Shown: positions 37,149 to 47,058 of the stretch, piece by piece | Layout of the letters: every line of letters starts with the position of its first letter | How positions within the stretch are numbered: position 1 is the stretch's first letter | From: Candidatus Woesearchaeota archaeon | GTDB taxonomy: Archaea; Nanobdellota; Nanobdellia; Woesearchaeales; 0-14-0-80-44-23 | Assembly: GCA_038874135.1 (NCBI GenBank) | Contig: JAVZCZ010000001.1 | Location: 576,001-640,000 of the forward strand | Length of the DNA: 64,000 bases | Direction of reading: 5' to 3' | The notes under the pieces: model-generated | The model's input: the letters and a program-made list of their open reading frames with translations, nothing else | What the model was told of the DNA's origin: nothing | Database searches by the model: none | Program-made: the position numbers and the translations under genes

Positions 37149-37738
37149 TTCTGTGCACCTTCAGTAAGCTTTGCAATCCTGAACTCTATGAGGTCTCTGA
37201 GTGCGAGAATGTCTTGTGTGCTGCCAGCTTTGAATTCCAGGCAGTCTGCGCTTCCTGAGATTTCAAACTTTTGCGATTCTGATATTACAATCATCGGAGT
37301 TGAGGAGCAGTTTAGGATTGGGAGTGAATACTTTTCGTCATAGCTAGTGATTCCCCTTTGCAGGGTGATTCCCCTCTGCATTAGAAATGTGGTTAGGTCT
37401 AAGCTTACTGCATCCAGTGCAGTTAGGAACTGCTGTGAAGAGTTGGGGTTGAAGGAGAGGTATAACCTCCGCTGATCTGTAATGCTCTTTAAGCTTTCAT
37501 TAGGAATGTTGAGTGAGAGGAACTCTTCAGGTGAAGTATAAAATGTGATTCTGAAGCTGGCAGTTTTTGCACTCCAAACCCCGTTGGAATTGTAGAATCT
37601 AACCCCCTCATAACTTTTTATTGAGGATAGGTAATCTGCTATGAAGTATGCAACGGTTCCGAACAGCATTACTGATGTTATGGCTAAGGAGAGTATCCTT
37701 TTCCTCTTTTCCAAGTTGTCTTTTTCTCGTTTTTTCAT
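37145..37738 (-). CDS. membrane-anchored hypothetical protein (paralogue of previous gene)
   Basis: N-terminal TM; YEGVRF...W...FYTSP; ADCLEFKA...LRDL. Confidence 0.7.
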   Translation of the reverse strand: MKKREKDNLEKRKRILSLAITSVMLFGTVAYFIADYLSSIKSYEGVRFYNSNGVWSAKTASFRITFYTSPEEFLSLNIPNESLKSITDQRRLYLSFNPNSSQQFLTALDAVSLDLTTFLMQRGITLQRGITSYDEKYSLPILNCSSTPMIVISESQKFEISGSADCLEFKAGSTQDILALRDLIEFRIAKLTEGAQK

Positions 37739-37792
37739 GATAACTGGTCTGGATAAGAAATATTTAAAACTAATGAATTTTTATCATGTCTT

Positions 37793-38059
37793 ATGCAGCA
37801 GGTTCACCTCAGAATTTACGGAAGGGTGCACGGAGTCGGCTTCAGATTCTTTGTGAAGCAGCAAGCGCGCCTCCTGGGATTAAAAGGGTATGTGAGGAAT
37901 GAGAAGGACCATGTAGAGGTTGTTGCGCAGGGACAGGATTTCAAAATTAAAGAGTTTATAAACAGGTGTAAGAGGGGTCCCGTTCTTTCAAATGTTGAGC
38001 GCGTAGATGTATCCTATGAGGAGCCCTCTGAGCTAGAAGATTTTGAGATTCGTCTTTAG
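37793..38059 (+). CDS. acyP: acylphosphatase
   Basis: GRVHGVGFR, GYVRN, GP. Confidence 0.93.
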   Translation: MQQVHLRIYGRVHGVGFRFFVKQQARLLGLKGYVRNEKDHVEVVAQGQDFKIKEFINRCKRGPVLSNVERVDVSYEEPSELEDFEIRL

Positions 38060-39192
38060 AACTCCCTGCAGATTAGTGCCCTGTCTGCTGTTATGAATAC
38101 CTGAAAGGCAGCGCTTCCCGATAGTCCTTTTTCCATCTCTCTTCTTACAATCCAATAATCCTCTGCAGGAATCCTGCCTCTGAGAAGTGCCCTTCCAGCC
38201 CCTAAAAGTTTTAGTTTTCGGTTTATCTCTTTGGGAGAGTTTGTGCAGGATTCAACAATCTTGTACCTTCTTAGGTATGGGCTTTCAAAGGGCTCCCGGC
38301 TTCCAAGGAGCATGAGCTTTTTGTCCTCATACAGTTTTCCGACTTCAATGTTTTCAGGGAGCGCTTCTACAACCAGGCCTGCTTTTCTGACAGCAGGATT
38401 AACTTCATATGCGTAGCTGCTGTTTTCAACATTTTTGAGCAGAACTTTTAGTTCCCTGTTCTGAAGGTAGTTTCCCTGTGGAAGGAGAACTGCGCTCCTG
38501 CTGCATCTTTTGAGACTTCCAAAATAGAGGTTAAGCCGGTTTAGACTCCAGTTGAGCGAGACATACTCCGCTTCGCATTCAAGGCTTATCCTCTCAGGAC
38601 CTATTTGAGGTGGTGCTTCTATGCATATCCTGTCTGTTATCTTTGAATATTCCGATAGTATTCTTCCTATTTCTGGAATGCTTTCAAGTCTCCTCTCAGC
38701 CGCACTTGGACTCCTGCTTGGATCACAAAATATTGCATCCACCCCCTTTATTTTCTCAAACAGCGAGCTATCAAATATGTCTGCACGTATGAATTCAATG
38801 TTTCTTATTCCCAATGCGTCAGCATTCATTTTTGCCAGTTTTATCTTTTCTGCATCCAGTTCAACAGCGTAAACCTTTTCAAAGCGTTTTGCAAATTCTA
38901 TTGTCTGAAAGCCTATGCCGCAGCAAAGGTCAGCTATGCTCAGGCTTCCAGATGCGGCAATTCTTGAAGCCCTGTATTCTCCAACTTCTTTTGGAGTTGC
39001 AAATCTTAACGCCTCTTCTGTTAAAAACATCTTGTACGCTTCAGGATGCTTCTTAACAGCTTTTCGTCTAATAACTTCTAGTTCAACCTCAGCGATGCTG
39101 CACTGCATTCCCTCATCTTTTAGTGCTGCGATTATCTCAGAAGGATTTTTTCCCATTTGGACGAGCTCCCTAATCCTTTCAGTTTTATCCAT
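38056..39192 (-). CDS. class I SAM-dependent RNA methyltransferase (Tgs1-like N-terminus, THUMP-like C-terminus)
   Basis: LRFATP, ADLCCGIG, FCDPSR. Confidence 0.75.
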   Translation of the reverse strand: MDKTERIRELVQMGKNPSEIIAALKDEGMQCSIAEVELEVIRRKAVKKHPEAYKMFLTEEALRFATPKEVGEYRASRIAASGSLSIADLCCGIGFQTIEFAKRFEKVYAVELDAEKIKLAKMNADALGIRNIEFIRADIFDSSLFEKIKGVDAIFCDPSRSPSAAERRLESIPEIGRILSEYSKITDRICIEAPPQIGPERISLECEAEYVSLNWSLNRLNLYFGSLKRCSRSAVLLPQGNYLQNRELKVLLKNVENSSYAYEVNPAVRKAGLVVEALPENIEVGKLYEDKKLMLLGSREPFESPYLRRYKIVESCTNSPKEINRKLKLLGAGRALLRGRIPAEDYWIVRREMEKGLSGSAAFQVFITADRALICREF

Positions 39193-39193
39193 G

Positions 39194-40207
39194 CTAACAC
39201 GCCTTGAGAACCATTATCCTTTTAGTTAGGCTCTTATGTATGTAGTGGTCAAATACTGCTTCTATTTTAATTCTCTTAAGCCTTTCTCTAAACATTGAAT
39301 AGTCTTTCTTGTTTATGCAGAGTACAGCAGTCCCTTTTAATCTTAATTCTAGCACTTTTATAAACTTTGCATATAATTTTTCTTTTTCTTCTGAAAGTTT
39401 GGAGCTTTTTCCATATGGAAGGTCTGAAACCACATATTCCAAAGGCTTTGAAATCTGAGTAGCATCCAGCCTGAAGATTTTTGCTCTTATTCCGAGATGT
39501 TTTAGGTTTTGGGCGCACAATTTAAGCATGTCCTCATCAATGTCGGAGCCCTCAGCTTTCATTCCAATTAGAGCCGCCTCAATAAGTATGCCGCCTGTTC
39601 CGCAGAAGGGATCATATACTCTGCTGCCATCTGATGCGCCCGTAAGGTTCACCATGCACCTTGAAAGTTTCGGATGCATCCCAACAGGATATCTTGACGG
39701 AAGCTTACCCTGTCTCCTATTCTCAAAACCTTCTTCCCTCTCCGCGATGACTTTAACACAAAAAATTTTTTCATCCTGAACTATGATTCTTATATCAGTC
39801 TCAGGATTAGTAAGATTGACAACTGGTTCTAATCCACTCTTTTTGAGAAACTCAAATATCAAACCGCCAATTTTACCTTCACTCAATTCCCGCTTATGAT
39901 TCTTTCTATTAATCCGCAACACCCTCACTGCAAAACTCTGTTCGTAAATCCTTGCCCAATCAAACTTTTTTAAAAGGCTGTCCAACTCGTGAACCTCGCA
40001 CCTGAATAGGAGATCTCCCGAAATCCTGGTCAATGCCAAGCGACTTTGAATCCTGCGCATCTTCTCTTTAGAAATCTCTGTTTTGACTATTACAAGACGG
40101 CCTTCCCTTTTCAACTTAATAATTTGAGAGTAGGCTTCAAGCACTGATTTCAGCTCTGCAGCTGCAAGTTTAGTGTTCTCTCCTGAGAGCAGAAAACATT
40201 TTAGCAT
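39194..40207 (-). CDS. tRNA m2G10 methyltransferase (Trm11/TrmG10-like, THUMP plus MTase)
   Basis: THUMP (SFAVR...VNLTNP), DPFCGTGG, DLPYG. Confidence 0.88.
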   Translation of the reverse strand: MLKCFLLSGENTKLAAAELKSVLEAYSQIIKLKREGRLVIVKTEISKEKMRRIQSRLALTRISGDLLFRCEVHELDSLLKKFDWARIYEQSFAVRVLRINRKNHKRELSEGKIGGLIFEFLKKSGLEPVVNLTNPETDIRIIVQDEKIFCVKVIAEREEGFENRRQGKLPSRYPVGMHPKLSRCMVNLTGASDGSRVYDPFCGTGGILIEAALIGMKAEGSDIDEDMLKLCAQNLKHLGIRAKIFRLDATQISKPLEYVVSDLPYGKSSKLSEEKEKLYAKFIKVLELRLKGTAVLCINKKDYSMFRERLKRIKIEAVFDHYIHKSLTKRIMVLKAC

Positions 40208-40281
40208 AGTTGCACATGCTCTTATTTCATATTAAAATCTTTTTAAAAAAATATTTAATCCTAATATGATAAGTGTTTAAT

Positions 40282-40638
40282 ATGGAAGTTGCTCGTAGGG
40301 GCAGGCCCTCCTTTTCACAAGTAAGGGAAAATCTTGCTAAGATACTCTTTGTGGCTGGCGAATGTTACGGGTATGAAGCATTTCTAATTTACAGGATGGT
40401 TTTTTCTCCAGTGTCAATTCGCTCCATCTACTATAACCTTCAAAAAGGAGTAGCTCTTGAGGAGTTTTCAATATCCAGAGTGGAAAGGGCAGAGGGACGC
40501 TTTTCATGGGGTGATAATTCTGAAAGGAGTTATTACGCTCTGAATAACAAGCGGGTGAGCATTTCTGAAGAGGAAGTTGTTAGGATAAGGTACGCAATTA
40601 AAAGAATACAAGAACAGCATGGACCGGCCGGGAATTGA
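40282..40638 (+). CDS. hypothetical winged-helix-like protein
   Basis: RGRP...YGYE...RSIYYNL...SWG...YY. The stop lies inside the antisense tRNA-Ala. Confidence 0.65.
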   Translation: MEVARRGRPSFSQVRENLAKILFVAGECYGYEAFLIYRMVFSPVSIRSIYYNLQKGVALEEFSISRVERAEGRFSWGDNSERSYYALNNKRVSISEEEVVRIRYAIKRIQEQHGPAGN

Positions 40639-40691
40639 ACCCGGAGCCTCTGCCGTGCGAAGGCAGCGTTATGCCGTTTAACTACCGGCCC
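40620..40691 (-). tRNA. tRNA-Ala(CGC)
   Basis: Reverse complement: GGGCCGG...CTGCC-TTCGCAC-GGCAG...CCGGG-TTCAATT-CCCGG-CCGGTCC-A, with the G3:U70 alanine identity pair. Confidence 0.95.
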
Positions 40692-40797
40692 GCACGCTTA
40701 AATGGTTTTGAAGAGCAGTTTTTAAGAATTTTGTTTTTGAAGTAGTTCCAAAACATTTAAATACGAATCGGACAAATTGATAAGGTGAGGTGGTCCA

Positions 40798-41031
40798 ATG
40801 TCAAAATCACCAATTCCCCTTGCCGTTGTTGAGAAGATCATCAAAGAGGTTGACCCCAACATCAGAGTTTCAGATTCTGCAAAGCAGGCCATGTCCGACT
40901 TTTTGAATGACATTGCTAAGAGCATTGCTAGAAAGGCAATAATCTATTCTCAACACGCGGGCAGAGTGACTGTGAAGGATGTGGATTTAAAACAGGTTAG
41001 GGAGGAGCTCTCACGCCTCCTGATGATCTAG
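40798..41031 (+). CDS. archaeal histone
   Basis: IPLAVVEKIIK...RVSDSAK...HAGRVTVKDVD histone fold. Confidence 0.9.
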   Translation: MSKSPIPLAVVEKIIKEVDPNIRVSDSAKQAMSDFLNDIAKSIARKAIIYSQHAGRVTVKDVDLKQVREELSRLLMI

Positions 41032-41032
41032 T

Positions 41033-41926
41033 TCAGAACTGGACCTTCATAAAATCGTGAGCGCAGCTTGAATTTGGAAAATACAGTTTTGCCTCTTCAA
41101 GTATTGGTGTTATGTCAGCGTATCTCTGACTGAAGTGTGTCAGAATCAGTTTCTTAGAGCCTGCAGATGCTGCTATTGTTGCAGAGTCCTTCGCAGTCAA
41201 GTGGGTGTATTCGTAGGCCTTCTCATCCAGCCGGCTTTCAAAAGTTGCTTCTGAAATTAGTATGTCAGCATTTTCTGCTATTTTGAGACAGTTGTCGCAT
41301 AATCCAGTGTCTGAGATATATCCGAGAATCCTTCCCTTTCTTATATGGGTTACTTGTGAAGGAAGTATCTTTTTTCCGTTTAGAATTATGCTTTTTCCAG
41401 CCTGGAGTTTTCCCAGCAGGGGCCCTTCTGGAATCCCGAGCTTTTTAGCTCTTTCTACATCTACCTTTCTTACATCCTTTTCTATAAATCTGAATCCGAG
41501 ACAGGGTATTCTGTGCTCCAGAGGATGGGCTTCAAGGATGTAGTCTTCGCTTTCATAAAATTTTATCTTTCTTATGTCAGTAACCTCTACATCTATCTTG
41601 TTAATAAAGTCAAATATGCTGAAGAGCATCTTAATGTTCTTCTTAGTTCCAGGAGGCCCGAATATTCTCAGCTTTTTTTCGTAGTTGTTTGCAGCCATTG
41701 TTTGCAGCAGTCCTGGAATTCCCAGGGTGTGGTCTCCATGCCAATGGCTTATCAAGATCTTGGTTATCCTGTTAGGATTTATCCCGGCAATTTTGAGCTG
41801 CCTCTGAGTGCCCTCTCCGCAGTCAAAGAGTATGCCTTCTTCTTTGAACGAGAGGAAGAATGCAGAATGGTTTCTGTCCCGTGTAGGCACCATGCTGGAT
41901 GTGCCTAAAAATGTTATTTCAGCCAT
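41033..41926 (-). CDS. rnz: ribonuclease Z
   Basis: FLGTS, DCGEGTQ, HWHGDH, exosite GP, SDT, THFSQRY. Confidence 0.96.
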   Translation of the reverse strand: MAEITFLGTSSMVPTRDRNHSAFFLSFKEEGILFDCGEGTQRQLKIAGINPNRITKILISHWHGDHTLGIPGLLQTMAANNYEKKLRIFGPPGTKKNIKMLFSIFDFINKIDVEVTDIRKIKFYESEDYILEAHPLEHRIPCLGFRFIEKDVRKVDVERAKKLGIPEGPLLGKLQAGKSIILNGKKILPSQVTHIRKGRILGYISDTGLCDNCLKIAENADILISEATFESRLDEKAYEYTHLTAKDSATIAASAGSKKLILTHFSQRYADITPILEEAKLYFPNSSCAHDFMKVQF

Positions 41927-41944
41927 TCTTTTTCTCCTTACAGT

Positions 41945-43264
41945 TTAAGGCAGCAGCCTGTCTGGTTCTCTTGGGAAGAGAACTGCCTCTCTTATGTTGG
42001 GAAGTTTCAGTATTGCCTGAGTTAGCCTTTCAATTCCTATTGCGAAGCCCCCGTGGGGCGGCGCTCCGTATCTGAAGAATTCAGTAAACCATTCCAAATT
42101 CTTAGGATTAAGACCCTTCTCTCTGACCTGAGCCATAAGCACTTCATATCTGTGCTCCCTCTGTCCTCCCGAGCTGAGTTCAAGGTTTCCATAGTTCAGG
42201 TCTATTGAGCGCGCCCACTGAGGTTCAGAATCAACTCTCATTACATAGAATGGCTTTATTGAAAATGGGAACCGGTTTATGAAGTAGAAGTCTGAATCAT
42301 ATTCCTTTTTTACATATTTTGCCAGTAGTTCCATTGCTTCTGCATCCAAATCTGTTTCTGGAGGCAGATTCTTTCCCATGCTTTCAAGTATCTTATAAAC
42401 TTCAGGGAACCTTATCTCAGGGAAAGGCGCCTTTGGAACTTCTAGGTTAACATTTAAAATTTCAAGCTCACTTTTGCATTTACTTAATATGTTTCTTATT
42501 CCAGCTCGTATTATCTCTTCTTCCAATCTTTCAAGCTCAACCTCATCACTTATGAATGCCTTCTCCACTGCGCAGGCTCTATGTTCGCAGAGATGCTTTA
42601 CAGTATGCGACTTTTCAGCTCTCCAGTTTGGTCCAAGGTCATATATTCTTTCAAGCCCTCCCGCTATTGTTAGCTGTCTGTGAAGTTGAGGGTCCTGTCT
42701 CAGGTATGCTTCCCTATCGTAATATTTTATTCTGAAAACCTCTGCGCCCGATTCAGAAGCAGCTCCCATTATACACGGAGTAAATATGTGCATGAATCCA
42801 TTCTCATCCAAGTATTTTGTTATTCCCTGCACCAGTGTTGATTCTATTTTGAATATTGCAAGATTCTTTGGCTTTCTGAGATCTATGCTTCTGTAGTCAA
42901 ACCTTTTTGAAAAGCCAGTTTCAATGTCCCGCTCAACTACTGATATGGGTAGTGGTTCAGCTCTTGAGAGCACTTCAATTCTTTTTATGTGAACTTCACA
43001 TCCAGCTCTTGCTATGCTGCTCTTTTTAACTATGCCTTCAACTCTTATTGAAGTTTCCTGAGAAATTTTTGATACGGTTTCAAAAGTTTTCTCATCTAAA
43101 TCTTCTTTTAATGCTACAAGTTGGGCAGTTCCTGAGAAGTCTCTGAATACTATGAATATTATTTTTTTTATATTCCTTATCTCTTGAGCCCAGCCCATTA
43201 GCAGTACGCCTTTTCCATCCATCTCAGGAGTGATTTCTGAGGCAAATGTTCTTTTCATTTCCAT
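41945..43264 (-). CDS. aspS: aspartyl-tRNA synthetase (archaeal type)
   Basis: OB fold, DLR, SESGAEVF, QDPQLHRQ, RAE, SGGQREH, HGGFAIGIER. Confidence 0.93.
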   Translation of the reverse strand: MEMKRTFASEITPEMDGKGVLLMGWAQEIRNIKKIIFIVFRDFSGTAQLVALKEDLDEKTFETVSKISQETSIRVEGIVKKSSIARAGCEVHIKRIEVLSRAEPLPISVVERDIETGFSKRFDYRSIDLRKPKNLAIFKIESTLVQGITKYLDENGFMHIFTPCIMGAASESGAEVFRIKYYDREAYLRQDPQLHRQLTIAGGLERIYDLGPNWRAEKSHTVKHLCEHRACAVEKAFISDEVELERLEEEIIRAGIRNILSKCKSELEILNVNLEVPKAPFPEIRFPEVYKILESMGKNLPPETDLDAEAMELLAKYVKKEYDSDFYFINRFPFSIKPFYVMRVDSEPQWARSIDLNYGNLELSSGGQREHRYEVLMAQVREKGLNPKNLEWFTEFFRYGAPPHGGFAIGIERLTQAILKLPNIREAVLFPREPDRLLP

Positions 43265-44011
43265 TCAATTCACCTTTTCAAGTATTTCAACCTTGCACTT
43301 GCATAGCTCTTTGAACTTCTGAGCGTCCTTTTCTGAGCCAACTATTGCTCCATAGTGTATAGGCACTGCAATTTTAGGCATCATTACACTTGCAGCTTCA
43401 GCTGCCTCTTCAGCATTCATGGTATATGTTCCCCCGACAGGTAGGAAGGCTACATCTATGTCTTTTATTTCTCTCATTTCAGGTATGAAATCAGTGTCCC
43501 CGGCGTGGTAAATCTTGTGTCCCTTTATATCTAAGACATAGCCTACCCACTCGTTATCTTTGGAGTGAAACATTTTTGCTATGTTGTATGCGGGCACAGT
43601 GCTTATTGAGAGCCACGGCATGTTTGCAATTTTTACATCCTTGTTCGGGCTTACTATTTTTATTGAGATGTTTTCCACCTTTCTCAGCTGGCTGATGCAG
43701 TCTGAAGTTGCTATAACGATTGTTCCATTTTTTACTATCTTCTTTATGTCCGCTATGCTGCAGTGGTCATAATGCCCATGAGTTATTAATATTAAATCTG
43801 CTTTTTGTATTGCGTCTATCTGATAAGGGTCTATGTATATGGTTCTGTTTTCAGCCGTTATCCTCACAGCGGCGTGTCCAAGCCATTCTAAATTTATGTC
43901 TTCCAGCTTAATGTCTTTCATATTGCTCAGCCCCCCTGTTTTTGAATTCTTACAGCCAATAAAAAGCATACAGGTTATAAGTAGTATTATTATTGTTATC
44001 TTTTTTGACAT
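43265..44011 (-). CDS. MBL-fold metallo-hydrolase, possibly a lipoprotein
   Basis: WLGHA, IDPY, THGHYDH, YHAGDT, PIHYG; N-terminal MSKKITIIILLITCMLFIGC. Confidence 0.85.
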   Translation of the reverse strand: MSKKITIIILLITCMLFIGCKNSKTGGLSNMKDIKLEDINLEWLGHAAVRITAENRTIYIDPYQIDAIQKADLILITHGHYDHCSIADIKKIVKNGTIVIATSDCISQLRKVENISIKIVSPNKDVKIANMPWLSISTVPAYNIAKMFHSKDNEWVGYVLDIKGHKIYHAGDTDFIPEMREIKDIDVAFLPVGGTYTMNAEEAAEAASVMMPKIAVPIHYGAIVGSEKDAQKFKELCKCKVEILEKVN

Positions 44012-44012
44012 T

Positions 44013-44597
44013 TTAGTTTTTATTTCTAATGGACAGCTGAAGCCCCATCTCTTCAAGGCGTTTTACCTCATATTTTATTCCATCAAACTTCTTTCTCAAC
44101 TCTCCATTTGAAAAGTCAAACTGCATAAGCTCATCATAAATATCTGATACGATTTTTTTAATCTTCAATGCGGTGGAATAGTCCGATTCAGCAGCTGAGT
44201 TTATTGCCTTTCGCGAAAGTTCCCCCACTAGGTCGCATATTCCGAGCAGATAGTGTTCTGCCATTACATTCAGTTCTTTATGTGTAGGTAGTTTATCCTT
44301 TTCAATTATGCTGTAGAAGCATGCTGCTTCAACATATTCCTGAACTGAGCTTTTGAAGAGTCCAGAATAGAACAGCTCTGGCTGCAATTTAGCACTCTTA
44401 TTCAACTCTTTAAATCTTTTTTCCAACTCTTTAAGTGATGAGGCAGCATTTTTTGAATCTCCACGATGCACTGAGTAAATTACCTTCTTTGAAAGCCGTA
44501 TAAGCTCCCTGCTCTTTGCTATTAGCTCGTCTCTCCTCTCTTCAAACTTGGCAAGTTGTTCTCTCATTATCTTGAAATCTTCACTATTCATTTTCAC
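44013..44597 (-). CDS. translin/C3PO-family protein
   Basis: QEYVEA, YLLGICDLVGELSR, LRKKFD. Confidence 0.88.
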   Translation of the reverse strand: MKMNSEDFKIMREQLAKFEERRDELIAKSRELIRLSKKVIYSVHRGDSKNAASSLKELEKRFKELNKSAKLQPELFYSGLFKSSVQEYVEAACFYSIIEKDKLPTHKELNVMAEHYLLGICDLVGELSRKAINSAAESDYSTALKIKKIVSDIYDELMQFDFSNGELRKKFDGIKYEVKRLEEMGLQLSIRNKN

Positions 44598-44701
44598 AAC
44601 TTCATATTCTTAGAGTGTTTATAAATTTATTTGTGAAAATCCATATTTTCTGCTATTTTTAATTCCAAAAATATTTATACTAGACTTTTCTTAAAAAAAG
44701 T

Positions 44702-46018
44702 GTGACTTACGATATAATAATAGGTAGGGAAGAGAAGGATAGAGCGAGGCTTGGGCTTCTTGGAACCATCTTTATAGGTAAGCATTACATAAAGATGGGA
44801 CAGACAGTTTCTCTCTCTAATCCAATCTACCTGGATGTGGCAAGAAGCCATGTTGTCTTCATATGTGGAAAGAGGGGCTCTGGAAAGAGCTACACTATGG
44901 GTGTTATTGCAGAGTCAATTGCAGACATGCCTCCAGAGGTATCACAGAATATAGCTGTACTGATGCTAGACACTATGGGGATATACTGGACTATGAAGTA
45001 TCCTAATGAGGCTGAAAGGGCACTTCTTGAGAGCTGGGGGCTTAAGCCAAAGGCGCTTAACATAACCATCTTTACTCCAAAGGGTTATTTTGAAGATTTT
45101 CAGAAGAAGGGCATACCTACAGATAGGCCTTTTTCCATAAAGCCTTCTGAACTCTCTGCAGCAGACTGGTGCACCACATTTGAGATAAACCCTGACGACT
45201 CGGTTGGCGTTTTGATATCCAGAGTGATTTCCGACATGCAGGAGGAGGGGCTTGACTATGATATTGATGAGATAATTGCTAGGCTTCGTTCTGAAGAGAG
45301 TGCATCTCAAACAGTTAAAGATGCTGCTGAGAATCATTTCAGAGATGCCAAGACCTGGGGGCTTTTTGATAAGCAGGGCACTCCTCTTAAGGATTTGATA
45401 AGTGCGGGCAGTGTAAGCGTTTTGGATGTTAGCTGCTATGTTACAAGCCCTTCTGGGAAAAACATTAGGGCATTGGTCATAGGTTTAGTTTCAAAGAAAC
45501 TTTTTATAGAGAGAATGCTTGCGAGAAGAGAAGAAGAATACCGTATGGTCTCTCAGGAAGTGAATTTTTTGGAAGAGGAAAAGACAAAGAAGTTTCCTCT
45601 CGTGTGGCTAATCCTTGATGAGGCGCACGAGTTCCTTCCAAAAGAGGGCAAAACTTTAGCTAGTGATCCACTCATAATTATACTTAGAGAAGGCAGACAG
45701 CCTGGAATTTCGCTAATACTAGCATCGCAGCAGCCGGGAAAGATTCATACGGATGTTATGACTCAGGCAGATATTGTTATAAGTCACAGGCTTACTGCCA
45801 AGCTGGATGTAGACGCATTAGGAATGCTTATGCAGAGCTATATGACTGTCGGGTTGGACAAGGCTTTGAATACTCTTCCAAGAGAGTCGGGAGCTGCAGT
45901 AATCTTTGATGACACTAACGAGAGGATATACCCAATGGCTATAAGGCCAAGATTTTCCTGGCATGGAGGAAAATCTCCGAGTGCTGTCGAGGAAAAAAAG
46001 AAAACTTTTGAATTCTAA
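44702..46018 (+). CDS. HerA/DUF87-like P-loop ATPase
   Basis: Walker A GKRGSGKS, LDEAHEF, REGRQPG, ASQQP. Confidence 0.85.
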   Translation: MTYDIIIGREEKDRARLGLLGTIFIGKHYIKMGQTVSLSNPIYLDVARSHVVFICGKRGSGKSYTMGVIAESIADMPPEVSQNIAVLMLDTMGIYWTMKYPNEAERALLESWGLKPKALNITIFTPKGYFEDFQKKGIPTDRPFSIKPSELSAADWCTTFEINPDDSVGVLISRVISDMQEEGLDYDIDEIIARLRSEESASQTVKDAAENHFRDAKTWGLFDKQGTPLKDLISAGSVSVLDVSCYVTSPSGKNIRALVIGLVSKKLFIERMLARREEEYRMVSQEVNFLEEEKTKKFPLVWLILDEAHEFLPKEGKTLASDPLIIILREGRQPGISLILASQQPGKIHTDVMTQADIVISHRLTAKLDVDALGMLMQSYMTVGLDKALNTLPRESGAAVIFDDTNERIYPMAIRPRFSWHGGKSPSAVEEKKKTFEF

Positions 46019-46022
46019 AAAT

Positions 46023-46220
46023 TCATGCCTTTTTGAATCTGGCTATTGTGTCTATGAGCTCAACATGTCCAAGCATTACTGCGCGGCAGCAGTATCTCTC
46101 TAAGCCAAGTGAGTCCAACACCTTTTTTCTGTCCTCTCCGCTACTAACTCTCTTCTCAAATTCTTCCCAGAGGTGTCCTATAGGCTTTCCACAGCTCCAG
46201 CATCTTATTGGAATTATCAT
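46023..46220 (-). CDS. rpoN: RNA polymerase subunit N (Rpo10)
   Basis: [12 protein letters not shown]...RYCCR. Confidence 0.97.
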   Translation of the reverse strand: MIIPIRCWSCGKPIGHLWEEFEKRVSSGEDRKKVLDSLGLERYCCRAVMLGHVELIDTIARFKKA

Positions 46221-46234
46221 CAATTATCACCTGC

Positions 46235-46633
46235 TTATCTGTATGACTTCTGAACCTTTCCACGCGCGTTGCCGTGTGTATTCGGTTTTCTCGGCTCTCT
46301 CTGTCTTGAATCTGCAACTAGGAGGTGCCTGTCATATCTTAAGAATTGTTCTCTGAGTGCTGAGTTTGCAGCAGACAAAGACTTTGCAATTACCAGCCTG
46401 ACAGCGTCCGCCTGTCCGTTTCTTCCGCCCCCCTTAACATCTATGGCTATGTCATACTTCTTATACGCGTCTCCCGCTAAGATTAGGGGCTCGCATACCC
46501 TGTCGTGCAGCATCTTTTCAGGAAAGAATGCGCCAAGTGAATTGCCATTGACAATTATCTTTCCACTTCCCTCTTTCAGGGTTGCTCTAGCAATTGCAGT
46601 TTTTCTTTTTCCCGAAACGTGAATTATTTTCAT
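46235..46633 (-). CDS. rps9: 30S ribosomal protein S9
   Basis: GKRKTAIARA, GGG, QKSYR. Confidence 0.97.
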   Translation of the reverse strand: MKIIHVSGKRKTAIARATLKEGSGKIIVNGNSLGAFFPEKMLHDRVCEPLILAGDAYKKYDIAIDVKGGGRNGQADAVRLVIAKSLSAANSALREQFLRYDRHLLVADSRQREPRKPNTHGNARGKVQKSYR

Positions 46634-47058
46634 CTTGATCCTCCTATATTTTTTGAAAGCTCTGCTACAGTCATGTACTTTTGAGTTGAGAGTTTTGAGA
46701 TGTCTGCTTTTGGAGCTTTTTCAGTTGGTTTTCCTTCAAACTCCCTGGGCACTCCCGAATAGCAGATTATCCTTTTCAGGAGCTCCTTTCCCTTTGCTTT
46801 CTTGTGTTCTAGCATTCCCCTTATTGCTCTTTTCATTATCCATTCGGGACTCCTTCTTAGGAATGGTCCGTGTGCTGGAGTGCCCATGCTCATTTTATGT
46901 CTGTATTTTGAAAGGATATATTCCCTGTTTCCACTTATTATTGCCTTTTCGCAGTTAACTACAACTACCTTATCATGTTCCTTTGCCTTTTCCACAGCAA
47001 ACATTGCAACCCTTCCCATTATTGAGTTTTCAGCATCTATGATTATCATATTTTTCAC
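46630..47058 (-). CDS. rpl13: 50S ribosomal protein L13
   Basis: IIDAE...GR...GP...RAIRGML. Confidence 0.95.
   Translation of the reverse strand: MKNMIIIDAENSIMGRVAMFAVEKAKEHDKVVVVNCEKAIISGNREYILSKYRHKMSMGTPAHGPFLRRSPEWIMKRAIRGMLEHKKAKGKELLKRIICYSGVPREFEGKPTEKAPKADISKLSTQKYMTVAELSKNIGGSR

Noticed and set aside
44013-46018. Translin plus HerA as an antiviral defence pair
   Set aside because: The genes are divergent with separate promoters, translin is co-oriented with housekeeping aspS/rnz, and there is no Sir2/DUF4297-type partner.
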